From: Lama glama
Taxonomy: Eukaryota
Direction of reading: 5' to 3'
NCBI GenBank assembly: GCA_028534125.1
Contig: CM052816.1
Span: 1,612,001-1,676,000 of the forward strand
Length of the DNA: 64,000 nucleotides
Shown here: positions 13,110 to 26,530 of the stretch, in pieces
Layout: the number at the start of each line of letters is the position of its first letter
Position numbering within the stretch: the first letter of the stretch is position 1
Made by a program: the position numbers and the translations under genes
The notes under the pieces: generated by a model
Told to the model about the DNA's origin: nothing
Databases searched by the model: none
The model's input: only the letters and a program-made list of their open reading frames with translations

Positions 13110-14520
13110 GACGGCAAAACAACTCTGGTTATCGTCATCTTCGAAAAGAACGTTGTTCATATGCCGCTAGTTAAGAATAAACTTTCAGTAGGGGTTTTGA
13201 CAGGCATCTTTGATTTGGTTAAGGAAATTCCTCCCTTCTATCTCTTCTATGCTAAAAGTTTTTATTATGAATGGGGTCATTTTTCTCCTGAAAGATATCA
13301 GAATTTCTATGATGAGGATGTGTTGGAGGTGAACTCCCCCAGTTTATTTGAAAGTATTTTTTATTTTGCCCTCAGTCTTCAAAGGTAGTGCTCACTAGCA
13401 TACAACTTCAGTTTGACAGTATTTCCTTTGAGCACTTTGAAGATGGTTTTCCTCTGTCACTTGATACCCACTATTACTACTGAGACATCAACAACAATCT
13501 TTATGGGGGGGCATGTATTTTCTCTCTGGCTACTTTTAAGGTTTTTTTTCTTTGTCTTTGCGGTTTCTTCAGCTTCCTTCACTGTAGTGTGTGTAGACGT
13601 GGGCTTCTTTTTATTTATCCTACTTATTATACATTTGTGCTCCTGTATGTATAGATTCAGGCTGGTTATCAGTTCTGGGAAATTCTCAGCCCTATCTCTA
13701 TGAACTCCTCCTCCATTCTCTTCTACAGGGTCTCTATTAGACAATGGAAGCAATGATACTTCCTTGTTCTATTCTCTATGTCTTTTTTAAAATTATTTTT
13801 TAATGTTTTATTTATATTTGGGGGGGAAGGTAATTAGGTCTATTTATTTTTAGAGGACATGCTGGGGATTGAACCCAGGACCTTGTGCATGCTATGCATG
13901 CACTCTACCACTTGAGCTATCCTCTCCCTGCCTCTCTGTCTTTTAATCACTCATATTTTCCATCTCCTTGTCTCTCTGTGGTGTATTCTAGGTAATTTCT
14001 TCAGCTTCATCCTCCAGTTTACTTATTGTCTTTCAAGCTATACTTACTATATTTAGCCCTAACATTAGCTTAATAGCAATAATTATAATTTCTAAGATAT
14101 TTACTTTTTTCATATTGGCTGCATCATGTTGATAGCTAACTCATTAAATAAAAATATTTCATTTAAAATATACTTTATACTTAGTTGTTTTATATCCTAT
14201 GTATAGTAATTTCAAAATCTGAAGTCCTTGGGGATTTAAGTAAAATTAAATTTGATGATATTTACTATTTTTTACTCATGGTGGCTTATTTCTTGTGTTT
14301 TTGGTGACTTTTTAAAATTGTGAGCTCATACTTAGTTCAATTTAATGAGACACTTGATGAAGTATATAGAGATTGCTTTCCTCCAGAAAGGCTTGTATCT
14401 GCTTCTTCAGGGATCCAGGAGGCACGCCTGACTTGGGACCACTTGGGTTCCCTCTGAAGGGCCCAGCTTAAAGAAAATGTCGCAGGATCAGCTCCCCAAC
14501 CTCGTAGGCTCAAAGCTCAC
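13110..14520 (-). mobile_element. Old L1M (L1ME-like) antisense fragment
   Basis: T-rich L1 antisense: ttgacagtatttcctttgagcactttgaagat, tcagttctgggaaattctcagcc. Confidence 0.75.
13784..13929 (-). mobile_element. Vic-1-type camelid tRNA-derived SINE
   Basis: ggggattgaacccaggaccttgtgcatgc...ctctaccacttgagctat (antisense A/B boxes), T-rich tail, imperfect TSD ctct(a/c)tgtctttt. Confidence 0.9.
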
Positions 14521-14970
14521 AAATGGACTCCAACAGTTCCTCCCAACCACATACATGCAGGCTGCTTGTTCCATTAAGAGGTGGACTGTCTTTCTGCTTC
14601 CCTTAGATCTGGACTGACCTGTGATTTGCTTTAGCCAATGGAATACTCAGAACTGACACTGTCAGCTCGAGGCCTGATCTTTAAGAGGGCTGAAGCTTTT
14701 GCTTTTGATCTCTTGGAAGCCCAGACCCATCATCTAAGAAATTCAGACTAAACTACTGGAGGGGCCACACAGTCAAAGAAAGAGGCCACTGCAGAAGTCT
14801 CAGACCCAGCTGAGCTTCCAGCTAAATGCAGCTATTTGAGTTGCCATGTAGCTCAGAACTTCGCAGCTGAACCCAGCCAACCCACAGAATTATGACAAAT
14901 AATAAATCATTGCTGTTCAAAGCTGCAAATTTTGGAGTGGGATACTATGAAACAATAGGTTACTGAGACA
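14520..14970 (+). mobile_element. MLT1 (MLT1G/H-like) LTR
   Basis: tgtgatttgctttagccaatggaat; aataaatcattgctgttcaaagc...aacaataggttactgagaca terminus. Confidence 0.8.
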
Positions 14971-15272
14971 GGGGCCCTTCAGAGTATATTGTCCAAAATA
15001 TTGCTGGAAGCAAAAGTCCTACCTGTAGTTTCATTCCATTTATCTGCCTAAACTTCTGTCCTTCAGGGCAGAATTGCATGGTGGTAATAAAGAGCATGGA
15101 TGGGGTTCCTCTCTTAGACTGACATTCACAAGTTGTATGACTTTACTTACACTCCTTAATTTCTCTGGGCTTCAAAATTCCATCTATAAAATGTGGATAT
15201 TAGCAGTATATGTTTGCATCATAAGGTTGGGTTTTATAACAATATATTTAAAGAGCCCAGCCCACAGTTACA

Positions 15273-15659
15273 CTACTAAAGTCTAAAAGTTTGTTTCCCC
15301 TCCCTCCCAGATTCATATACTAAAGCCCCATCCCCGATGTGATGGCATCTAGAAGTGGGGCCTTTAGAAGGTAATGAGGTTTAGATGAGGGATGATAAGG
15401 GTGGGGCCCCCATGATGGGATTAGTAAAACAAGAAAGAGATACAAGATCTCTTATAAAAAGAGGGGGGAGACACAAGATCTTTCTCTGAGTACACGCACC
15501 AAGGAAAGGCCATGTGAGGACACACGAGGAAGAGAGCCTTCACCAAGAACCTCATCACACTGGTGCCCTCATCTCAGACCAAAACCATGAGAAGCAAATG
15601 CTGTCTAAGCCACTCACTTTATAGTATTCCATTACAGTAGCCCAAAATGACCAAGATAT
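15273..15659 (+). mobile_element. MLT1A-like LTR inserted in a MIR (MIR about 15070-15270)
   Basis: aatgaggtttagatgagg...ggtggggccccatgatgggattagt; ttacagtagcccaaaatgaccaagata terminus. Confidence 0.85.
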
Positions 15660-16859
15660 ACGTGCTCAGAATGTGTTTTCTGTTGTTCTTATCATCTATC
15701 TTGTTACTTTAAGTAATGTCAGACCTACTAGGCGCTAAATAATCATTTAAAAAATATCAATCAATGAAAGACTGTAGATGAAATTCTGAGTCCTCCTTGC
15801 CTGGTTCTGCTTCAGCAGTGATTAACTGTTACCTCCTCCTGCTCTGGGCCTTGCCTCTTCCCAGTCAAGCTCCAGCATTCGGGATCAAGCCATCATTCAT
15901 CTCTTTTCACTGATCTCTGCTAATTTCAGAGTTGAACATATTTTAATCAGGGATCAGATCAGCTCCTTGCAGAGAGGAATTCCTTTCATCTTCTTTCAAC
16001 TGTACGGCAAGGGCAGAGTTCACAAGAAGACCCAGGCCAGAAACGTTCCTCTGGCTGCCTCCTGGGTCAGGAAGCTCATTCTGGGAAGAGTCTCTCATAA
16101 ATCTGAAACCTGATGCTACTTGTCAAAAACTGGCATTTGAATCTAGTGCTGCTTTAGCATGAGGCCTGCTGAACTGCTGATTATGTTGGCTGCCTGAATA
16201 TGAGCTTTTACAGCAGAGTCAGGGAAGAACCAGCAAGAGAGAATGTTCTCACAGGCGATGTTAACGGGGCCCAGCTACTTTGAGGGTGTCTAGCAGTGGT
16301 GGTGGTGGTCCTCTTGCAGCTTTGAATGGGTGTGCTCCAGCACTGTCCTGAAAAAAGGAAGCAAGACACTAGGGCCAAACTGCTTTCCTGTGGTGGATAC
16401 CAAACAGATGCTTTCTTAGGACAGCCAGCAGGGGAGGACGAATCAATGAGATGTTGGCATTTTGTTTTCATCCTAGAAGCTCCAGCTGTGATATTTCCTT
16501 GGAGTCCTCAGATACATCCCTCTTTATCCTCAGCCCAATCCTATGTTAACAGAACTCTGATCTGATTGTACCAAGCAGTGAGAACTTGCTTCTTCCTAGC
16601 TTTGTTTTCTTGCTCGGCCAGCAATTTGCAGGATGTGGCTAAGATTCCCGGTGTGCCCTCTGGAGTCTGAACCCCAGAGTTCACGGGCTCAATGTTGCTG
16701 AGTCTCTGTTCATTTCAAGCATCTTGGGTGAGGGGAAATGAGAGGGACGTGTGTCTAGCTGGGAATGACATCTCATCACCAGGGAGAGAGGGAGGAGGAT
16801 GAAGGAAGGAGCCAACAGAGACAGAAAAGTACAGTAAAAGCCCCAGGGCCATGGTTGGG

Positions 16860-17080
16860 CTGGGAAAGAGGATTGTGGTGAAGGTGAGCTAAACTTCACT
16901 CGGATCCCAGCATTGCTGCTTGTAGCCTGTGAGACTTGGAGGGAGCTGTGTAACATCTCGGAGCCTCAACTTCCTCTTCTATGAAATAATATCAAATATC
17001 ATTCTGTTGCAAGAAAAGGACAGCGCATAACACACGGTGATCTCTCAGTAAATGATCGTCTGCTGCTGTTACAATTATCC
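16860..17080 (+). mobile_element. MIR SINE
   Basis: tgtgagacttgg...aacatctcggagcctcaacttcctcttctatgaaat. Confidence 0.6.
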
Positions 17081-18604
17081 CCTCCTCTCGATTGCATCTT
17101 CCTGGTTTTCTAAGACTGAGTGCTGGCCACTCATCAGAGACAGCACTACTGCTATAGGTGGTAATGTGGTATAGTTTGAGGAACCAGAAAGACCATCACC
17201 CCAACCAAATAGCCCCCTGACCAGCCAGGTGAAGAGGGTCTGAAATTCCCATCGTTGGAGTTAATCCAATGGGCAGGAAGCTTCCTCCTGTACCTGATCC
17301 TCATTTGGTGTAAATGTATTATTCAAGAATCCTCCGGCCAAGAATCTCAGGTCCTGCATTACACAGTCATGTTTAATTCTCCCAATTTCTTTTTCTTTTG
17401 TTGGGGAAGGGGTGATTTTCTGGTTACTCTTAGACAACACTCAGGGCTCTGATCACTTTAACTTCTGAACAGCAGTCTCACTTGTTCCTAAGGTCAAAAG
17501 GTAAAAGCTTCAATCTTCACTCGTATTTGTCACTGACCTCAACTAGGTAGGGGGGTGTGGGAAGGGCACCAGTGTCTTTCTTTCTCCATCCTCCCCCATT
17601 GACCACCTGCTTTTTCTCACTTATGACCCATGTCTGGTCCACAGGGATTCCTGGCCGTGGAAAATTCTGAGAGTTCTGGCTGATCCCAGCAAAGCCACCT
17701 CTCCTCAGCCTGCCCATGGCTCTAACCACTCCTCTCACCCCTCTGATTCAGTCCCTGTGTGCCGTCAAGCCCCCTGGCTACCTGTAAAGCTCCAGGTGGA
17801 GGCTCCAGGTTAGAGGGAAGTGGAGTAAAGAGGAGGGTTAGACTCACAGCACAGCTTTCTCCAAAAAGATGCTCACCACAGATCCTCTCTCCCAATACTC
17901 TCATACCCTCATTGTGGGATTTAAGAGTCACCTAATCAAATCTCAAAGAAAATTTCTGCATTGGGGTCTATCTCAACAGACTTTCACGATTGAGACCTCA
18001 GTTAAAACTTCTCGTTTAACGCACTGTTACATAAACCTGTTCCCAAGGACACTGTGGTAAACGTGGAGCATCTTCATGGAGCAGGAACTTAAGTCACAGA
18101 TTCGTGGTGGGAAGGGTGGGCACTGGGGCAGGGACAGGCCAGGGGTTTGACGACATTATCTGGTAAGAAATACAAATTAAAAATTAAACCAAATTATATT
18201 GTAGAGTAGAAAGCAAAACTGACTGCATGTTAAATTATAACATGAGACTTCAGAGAAATGTCTTCCTTGTGGTGGCTTTTGCAAGCAAAGCCTCTGGTCC
18301 ACACCCACTCTTCACCACCTCCAGGAGTGAATGTTCACACTTCTCTCCCATTAGGAGGGTGCTGGGTGTGGACAGGAGCAGGCACTCCTTGCAGCTCTGC
18401 ATGGAGACATTATCAGCTATTTATTAATTGCAGTGGAGAGAGTAATCAAGTCACCCAGGAGCCACACTGACCTACCGACATTCACTGTCACATTTTTTGC
18501 AGTCTTGCATACTAAATTATCAGGGACGAGGAAATTGAACAATACTGCATTGCTCTGTGGGTTTTGGCAGAAAGTGGGGAATAGGTGCAAAGTAGAAAGA
18601 CCCT

Positions 18605-18925
18605 CTTAGAACTGTGTGGTAGTTTGTAGCCACATGAGCCCATGCAGCGTGGCCAGTCCAACTGAGATGTGTGGGCATGTACAAGGCAGCCTAGATTTGG
18701 AAGACCTAGTATAAAGAAAGAGGGGAACCTATCTCATGGATAAATTTCCACATTGATTACATGTTGAAATGGTCATGTGGATATATTGAGTTAAATAAAA
18801 TCTTTTTATTGTATTGATATTAATTTTATTTCTTCAAAAAACTTCAAAAAACAGTGACTGACAGAAAATTTAAAATCGTATCTGACTCACAGTTGCAGCT
18901 TGCACTCTAGTGCTGTTGCATAGCT
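18605..18925. mobile_element. MER33-like hAT-Charlie DNA transposon
   Basis: gtggccagtccaactgagatgtg...cacattgattacatgttgaaatg...gatatattgagttaaataaaat. Confidence 0.75.
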
Positions 18926-18945
18926 GTGTCTTTTGATCATCAAAT

Positions 18946-19160
18946 CCAATGGTCAACAAACTATGGCCCGTGGGCCAAATCCAGCCCACTGTCTGCTTTT
19001 GTCAATGAAGTTACACTGCAACACAGTCACACCCATTTCTTTGCATATGTGTTTTCACACTATAATGTCAGCTTTGAGTTGCTGCAGAAGAGACCGCATG
19101 AGTTGCAAAGCCTAGAATATCTACTATCCGGACTTCTATAAGAAAAGTTCGCAGAATCCA
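18946..19160. mobile_element. MER58A-like DNA transposon
   Basis: caaactatggcccgtgggccaaatccagcccactgtctgcttttg...gcaaagcctagaatatctactatc. Confidence 0.85.
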
Positions 19161-19873
19161 GATAATCCAATTCTCTATGTTTTCCAAGTGAGAAAGCAAA
19201 GCCCAGAGAGCAAATGACTTATCCAAGGGCAGGTGAACATGTGAGCAGAGGCAGGGCTGCCCCATCCCTTAGTGTTTTACACTGTGCCTCAGTTCACTTG
19301 ACGGGGCTGAGGTGGAGGAAGTTATTCCACACAGGAGGGCAGACTCAGCCTCCACCTCTTAGTGAGAGCCTCAGATCCATCATAGGGCACAGGAGGGCCC
19401 TGAACAGACAGCAAGGCACAGGTAAAAGGCTCACAGAGAAGGCTGAAGCCCGCCTTGGGGTTGGGGTGGGTGGGTGGCAGGAGTTTCACGGCTAACCTCC
19501 TACCATACTACTTTGCTTCGTATTATGCCAGAAGTATCTTCCCTGGGCCACGATTTAATGCTATTTCCACTACATCTTAGAGAGTTAACACAGAAAGCTA
19601 CATTTATAAAATATTGCTGAACCATTTGCAAAACTCTTCTCAAAGCTCTGGCCATTATGCTAATCAATGGTCCTCAGTAAGAATAAGCCACATGACCTAT
19701 TTCTTCTAGGATGTAGTGACAGGAAAAATGTCCCTCCACATGGACTTGCATAGGTTTTTATATTACAGAATAAGAACACTATAACCCAACATGTTGCTCA
19801 TTTTGTGTTGGCTGCCAGGATGACTGGAGTTAAAATCTGCTTAATTTCATTTACTAGCTCATTCAAGGGGTCT

Positions 19874-20470
19874 TCTGATGGTTAATTTTATGTGTCAAAT
19901 TGACTGGGTCACAGAGTGTCTAGGTATTTGACTAAACATAATTTCTAATTTGTCTGTGAGTGTTTCCAGATGAGATCAGCATTTGAACTGGCAGAGTGAG
20001 AAAAGCGGACTGCCCTCCCCTAATGTGGGCGGGTGTCATCCAGTCCACTGAGAGTAACAGGTGGAGGAAAGAGGAATGGAGAGTTTGTTCCTTCTCCGCT
20101 GTAACGTGGGTCTCCTGCCCTCGGACTGAGACTCACACCACCAGCTTCCCCGATTCTCAGGCCTTCAGACTTGGCCTGAACTATTCCAGTGGCTTTCCTG
20201 AGTCTCTAGCCTACAGACAGCAGATCTTGGGGCTTCTCAGCTTCCATAATTGTATGAGTCAGTTCTTCATGATAAACAGAAACAATAGGATAAATAGAGA
20301 TAAATTAAAAATATATACTTATACTATTATATATATATATAGTATACTATTATACTTTTATATATAAAGACACTATTATACTTTCATATATAAATACGTA
20401 TATATGTATATTTAATCTCTCTCTATATATCCTATTGCTTCTGTTTTCCTGGAGAACCCTGACTACTACA
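19874..20470 (+). mobile_element. MLT2 (ERVL) solo LTR with internal TA-rich tract
   Basis: Termini tctgatggttaattttatgtgtcaa ... ctggagaaccctgactactaca; 5-bp TSD ggtct/agtct. Confidence 0.9.
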
Positions 20471-21859
20471 AGTCTGTTACATTATTACCCTTCCTTCAGT
20501 CTCACCCAGCTTCAAACTTTTATTTTGTAGCACATTTCTTTCCATGTTTCCTGTTACCTCCTTTGTGCTTTTTAAAAAATAAATATTTAGGGAAGACTAA
20601 GAGACATACCCTTGAGATACAAAAAGAAATAGTTTCTATTCTCAAGGAATTTGCAATATAAATGTTGAAATGAAGGAAAACACTTACCCACTGGATATAT
20701 AACCTATAGTGGCAGCGAACCTTTTGAGTGAAATAGGTGAGAATCTTTACAACGTGATTTCATGAACCCTGAAGAGGTCTCCCTGCTACACCAGATAATA
20801 CTGCACTCTCCTACAAGATATAACCAGGATAGTAGATACATGATTTATATATGACTACTCCCAGTTTCTGTGCCCATGGTAGATATCACAATGTCTCACA
20901 GCATTATTTTTCACAAACCTATTGTATATAGGCTGTAACAATTAATTAGGAAAAAATATATGCCATCTGCTAAAATCCACAAATAGAGGATCAGTCATTG
21001 TGATACAATTTCAGCATCTTATTAAAGAGTGAATAATTGTAGGAGGAGAAAAGCTAGATGGAAGTGATATCAGTCATTAACAATTTAGTATAAGTACCTC
21101 TCTCTCTCTCTTTGTTTTTTTTCCCTGACAGCATGTTCACAGTACTTTGACCTTAAAGATACTGGCTTCCAGGGGTTGGTAAAGAGGAAAAAGTTAGAGA
21201 CTTGAGAAGGGCTACGAATAAATACTGCTTACTCCATCGTTTTGCAAATTAATGATATTCTATCTGAATAATAAAGGATCCTCAAACTTTCTCCCTGGGT
21301 CTCAAGGGCAGGATTTTTGCCTTGAATCTCTACCTTATTATTTCCTTTTTGCTTTCTGTCTGTTTTCTCATGATACACTCTTCCTAACTGTAAAATTCCT
21401 GAACACATGTGTATTTAAAGGAGATTAATCATTCAAATACCATAATTAGTTCAAGAATTGTGTCTTTTTGAGATGGAATGAGCTAATTAATTTTTTTTTC
21501 TCCCAGGGAATCTGCTCTCAGATGTGAGCTAATTAGTGAGCTGCACATCAAAAGAAGTGAAGTGTTTCTTGTAAATAGGATTTCATTTAAAACAGATCAA
21601 AGGAAGATTTACCCAAATCACTCCCCCATCCTCTGATTTCTGCAAGCATCAGGCAGGTGGCAAAGAAAACAACAAGTCATCTCATGATAAACGTAACTCC
21701 GAAAGAACAACTGTGATGCCCAAGTCAAATATTAATGAGAAGGGAGAACCAAGTATGTCTGGGGATGGAATTTCACTTCTTGGAACTTTTACAGTTGGGT
21801 TTCTGATGTAGACCAGCAGAGCAGCAATCCACCCATGTTTGCGATTCAGCCTACATGTA

Positions 21860-22100
21860 AAACTAGAGGGTTGGAAATATGGTCTCCAGACTTGACAGTC
21901 TCTGACTGGAAGGCTTTGTGACCTTGGGCAAGTTGCTTAGCCTCTCTGGGATTCACTTTCCTCATCTGTAATGTATGAATCCCAATCCCTTCTCTACCCA
22001 CCTCTCAAGAGACTTGTGAAGATCAAATGAGATGATTAATATGACAAGGGTTTGGAAAACATCTAAAATGGCTTTACAAATGTGAAGCATTTTTGGCATG
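21860..22100 (+). mobile_element. MIR SINE
   Basis: tgtgaccttgggcaagttgcttagcctctctgggattcactttcctcatctgtaa. Confidence 0.85.
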
Positions 22101-23149
22101 GCTAACAAGGTCTCCACAGGCAGAGTAAATCAGAAGAAGAGGAAACTTTCCCAGATGATTTTGGCCAAAATTACAGCTCCTGAGGAAAACAGCATCCCAG
22201 TGGGCTGCCTCTGCAGATCAGATGCACAGCATAATTGCTCAGACCTCCTTTCTCCTGTGATTACACTTAGAAATTAGCTTCCAAACAAGAAACAACTCAA
22301 ACTAAGGAAGGGGATGAAAAGATCTTTTTGTTTCCCTTTGACGTTCCAGATTTCTGAACATGACAGATTTCGCAAGAACAGGCTTACTTGTCCATCTAAA
22401 TGTTTAGTCACGTGTCCGTTGGCGTGGAAGGGTAAACAAAACGGAAGCAGTTGGTGATTGACTGCGGAAAGAGCCCTTTGCCTTGAATTGAAAATGCAAA
22501 TTGATGTAAAGGAAATCAGTAACTAGATTCTTCACTACACAAACAGCTTCATGTCACTTTTTGGTGGTTGCTGTTGAACACTGAGTTTCAAGGTGGATGA
22601 GGAAGTGGGTAAGACGTTCCCTAAAGAAAAGTCTTTTTCCCAGAGAAACGGGGCCAATGTATTCCTGCAAACAAAAGCATGAACACAGGTGGAGTGCTAC
22701 ACTTTGATCTGGTGACGGGCGGTGACTCAGGAGCAGGTGATGAGGAAGGAGGTAGCTCTGGACAACACTGTGAAGTCTCTGGTCCCTTTGTGTATATGCA
22801 GTAAAACTGGTAACAGTATAAACCCAGAGCTGCTAACTAGGTCTGTGGATGACCTCACGACAAAGACATGAGAGGGTTTACTTCCTTTCCTCAGCCTCAT
22901 CAACCCGGGAAGGCACATCTCTTCTCACAGGGAAGAGAAAATAAAAGAGAAGGTCTGGAAGCCATCTTCTCAATGCTGTAGACGAAGCAGAAGGTCCTGT
23001 AAGGGATTCAGGTGGGAAAACGGGCTGGGAGGGAGATGGTGGTAGAGGGTGGTTAGTCCTGCTCTGTGCAATAGCACTGAGGCACTGTGGTACATGGCAG
23101 AGACAATCTATGTATGTATGAGTACGTATATGTATATATGTTTCTTCAT

Positions 23150-23290
23150 TTTTTTCCTTTATTATTTTTATGAAGTGGAGGTAATTAGGTTTCTTCATTG
23201 ATTTCCACTTGGAAGGGGTACTGGGGATTGAACTCCTGACCTCTTGTGTGTGGAGCATGTGCTCTTTCCACTTGAGCTATACCCTTCCTC
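23150..23290 (-). mobile_element. Vic-1-type camelid SINE
   Basis: gtactggggattgaactcctgacctc...ttccacttgagctataccc; gaggtaattagg motif shared with the other two copies. Confidence 0.9.
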
Positions 23291-23485
23291 CTCTTCTTTA
23301 TTATTTTTATAGAGGTGAAATTCACCATTTTAAGCGGCATTTAGTACATTTTCCATGTTGCATAATCATCAGCTTGATGTAGTTCCAAACGATTCTATCA
23401 CCCCAAAGGAGACTCTGCACCCCTTAAATAGTCACTTCCCATTCCACCCTCCCCAGAGGCAACACTTTTAACACAGGCCTTCTGT
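23291..23485 (-). mobile_element. L1MB-like 3' end (antisense)
   Basis: gaggtgaaattcaccattttaag...tttagtacatt...atcaccccaaaggagactctgcacccctt. Confidence 0.75.
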
Positions 23486-24515
23486 TGAATACCCACCCTC
23501 CCTTCCCAAATAATACTCAGGGCTCACTAGCATCGTCTTCAAGCCTAGCTGCAAACCCTCAACCATGTGCCTGTGTAGACACAGTCCTTGCACCTCTGGA
23601 CGTGGCTCAGGCAACCAGAGGCACCCCCAGGGCCCTGCACCTAGTGTTGTCACTCTGCCTTTGGCTGAAGGATCACATCTCCAACAGAAACACATCAGGC
23701 CTTTGGAGAGGAGTTTGGAGGTTCTGTGATGACCAGCTTTCATAGTTCCTCCAAGGTCAGCCCTGCATCCAGCTCAGGAGTGGGAGCGTTGCTTTCGACC
23801 ATGAACAAATTACCAGGTGGCTATGAGCCCCTTGCTCTGGATCAGTGCTTGAGGTGATGATAAGCAACTTCTTGAGGGACTCGACAGAGTCGCATCTCTC
23901 GTGATGTCCCCACAAGGCCAGCAGGATGCAGCAGGAGCTCATTCAGCAGGAGCTCAGCCAGTTACCCACCAGGAGGAAAGGGGGACGAGTGCTTGGGTAC
24001 CAGTTATCTTGGTGGTAAGGCCTGGCTTAGACTCTTGCTTCTGCTCCCGTGCACCCATCACTTGGTATTTTTGAGCTTCAATGTCCTTGTTTACAAAATA
24101 AGTTTATAATACTGCTTCTTTCTTAGGGCCCGAGTATTACATAAGCTATAATAGGTGTAAAGTGCTTAATACAGCTTCTCCAATATTGGAGGCCTCTGCA
24201 CATTACAGGAAAGAATGATTTCAGTGGTACAAGTGAGGGAGAGCACTAGAAGGTACATGACATTGTTGAAAAAGTAAGGAAGGGTCTTAGCCTACGAAAC
24301 AAGACTACTATAGGATCAGCTGGAAGATATAGGGATGGTTTCAGGCCAACTAACACAAAGTGATGTCACTTCTGCTTTTGGCTTCCCGAGTCCCAGGAAT
24401 GATACTCTGAGAGACCTCTTCAAGCAGCTGGGGGCCAAAGAAAAAGGCTGATGGTGTCTGTGCAAAAAACCAGTCCATCCCTTGGTCCCATGTGTTCTTA
24501 TACTACCGAAACACA

Positions 24516-24516
<1 letters not shown>

Positions 24517-24556
<40 letters not shown>
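24517..24556. repeat. (CA)20 microsatellite
   Basis: Perfect CA run. Confidence 0.98.
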
Positions 24557-24558
<2 letters not shown>

Positions 24559-25634
24559 GACCTTTCTTGGTTAACCTTCTGCACTAGGAATCAAATGTCC
24601 CATGGAGGCCTTGTCCCTTGGCATCCCAAATGACAGATGAAACTTCCAGGCTGGGGTGTGAGAAAACAGTCAATGTCAAGCAGCAAGAGGCAGATTCCCA
24701 AATAACAGGAGGAGTTTGTATTCTGATATGGGGTTCTATTCCCACCCCGCATATCTGGATTCCCATGGGAGGTACAGCTCTCCCACTCCGTGTGTGCCCC
24801 TGAATTCTTCCTACACCAAGCTAAACAAACTGCTGACATGAGCCAAACTGTTTCTGCTTCACCCAAGCACATTGTCTTCTAGGGCCATGGTGCTTCCTGC
24901 AACTTGCCATGTTGGGAAAAGAAAAACATTTTTATTTTGGAGCTATGATGGGTTTATTTAAGACAGATCAAAATTCTTTCTCTTCTTCATTAGAGAATTG
25001 TCTTTTGTCCTCATTGAACCCTGACTGATCAATTTAGGTATGACCGATTTATTTTACTAAGTCAAGCAAAAACAGAAAGAAAAATATATATGTGTGTGTG
25101 ACTGTATTGCACTCAGTGTTTTCTCATTCTAGACTAACAACCAATTTTGTTGTTCATAATCTAACTGTAATCAACTAGAAAGTGATGTTTTGGGATGTAT
25201 GAGGAACTCAGTTCTTGGCCCTTATGGATGGCATGAAGCTTGAAGTATAACAGAAACCTGAATGAGAGACAAGGACTGAAGAAGATTCCAAAAGACCAGG
25301 ACAATAGGCCAAATGTGGCAAGATAAAATGTAGCCAGTAAAAATATCATGTTCTGAAGTCAACTAGAATGCATGAGGAAGTAATAACATGGTTCAGCAGT
25401 TCACCTGCAAAGGACCTAGAGAGAGAAAATAGTTTCATCTTTCATGGAAACTTCTGTCAATTTGTGCAAGTGTCCAGGAGCACTGTGTTGAGTAGGATTC
25501 TGAAGTATATTCTGAGCTCAGTGGACAAGAGGGCTATGACTGATTACCATTGTTGGCTGTGGGCCAAGGATGAGAGGGCACTAATACAGATTGCTGTTTC
25601 AAAATTGATGTGTACCCATAAAATGTGTAAAGTT

Positions 25635-26195
25635 ACCTGTTGTTTCTCCTTGCCCAATATCCATTCACCCTCCTTTCAATATGTGAAACCTGTGTTTGTC
25701 TGGGTACACACCCCTCCACCACCCTCAGAGCAAATGATTCCAGTGTTGCTGTTCCTACTCCCAGTTCTTGTGTAGAGAGTACCAGGCTTGCCCATCAGTG
25801 TGTCACATCCCCACGGCCACAATGACTATTTCCAGGATAATCAGACGTCCCAGCAGAATGAATGAAAGGCAATTCTGAGATTTTTATTAAAAATGTTGGG
25901 CAAAAAGAAGTCTCTCTGCTCAACATGGTTACTGAGAGAATAAGAAGTGACCCCGAAGCTGTTTGGCAGTCTTTTCATCACCATGAGGGGGAAGGAAGCC
26001 TGATAATAGAACCAAAAAAGAAAAAAATAAAGAAAGCTGATAGGGAGCTCTGGTGATACTATTTAAGCACCTGGATTCAACTGTGCCTGAAGCCTACTAT
26101 CCCTGAACTTTCAGTCATATGAGCTGGCTTTTTGTTTCTTTTTGCCTTTAAGACATTTTGAGTTCCTGACACTTTTAACCAAAGAATCCCTAATA
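25635..26195 (+). mobile_element. Old MaLR LTR (MLT1K/L-like)
   Basis: gcacctggattcaactgtgcctgaagcc...ctgaactttcagtcatatgagc...aaccaaagaatccctaata. Confidence 0.65.
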
Positions 26196-26319
26196 TTGTG
26201 ATTTTCTAGATATAAATACACCACATTCAAAAAGATGATGGTCCCACTGTTTTCTGTGCTAGTCACAAAGGCTAAGAAAGGGGTTCCTGGTTGTGGGAGG
26301 AGATGAGCTTTATATTAGG

Positions 26320-26530
26320 AGCCAGTATTTACTGACTGCTTCCTGTATGTCAGGGTACCATCCTTATTAGATCTTCATTACAACTCTAGGTAGAAATAGG
26401 AAATATTATTCCTTGTACGACAGATTAGGAAACTGAGGCTTAGGGATGCTAAGAAATTTCCTTAAAGTCACACAGTTGGTAAGTGAAGGAGACAAATTTA
26501 CATCCATGACTGTCTGGCCGCAGAATGTCC
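26320..26530 (-). mobile_element. MIR SINE
   Basis: acagattaggaaactgaggcttagggatgctaagaaatttccttaaagtcacacag. Confidence 0.85.
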
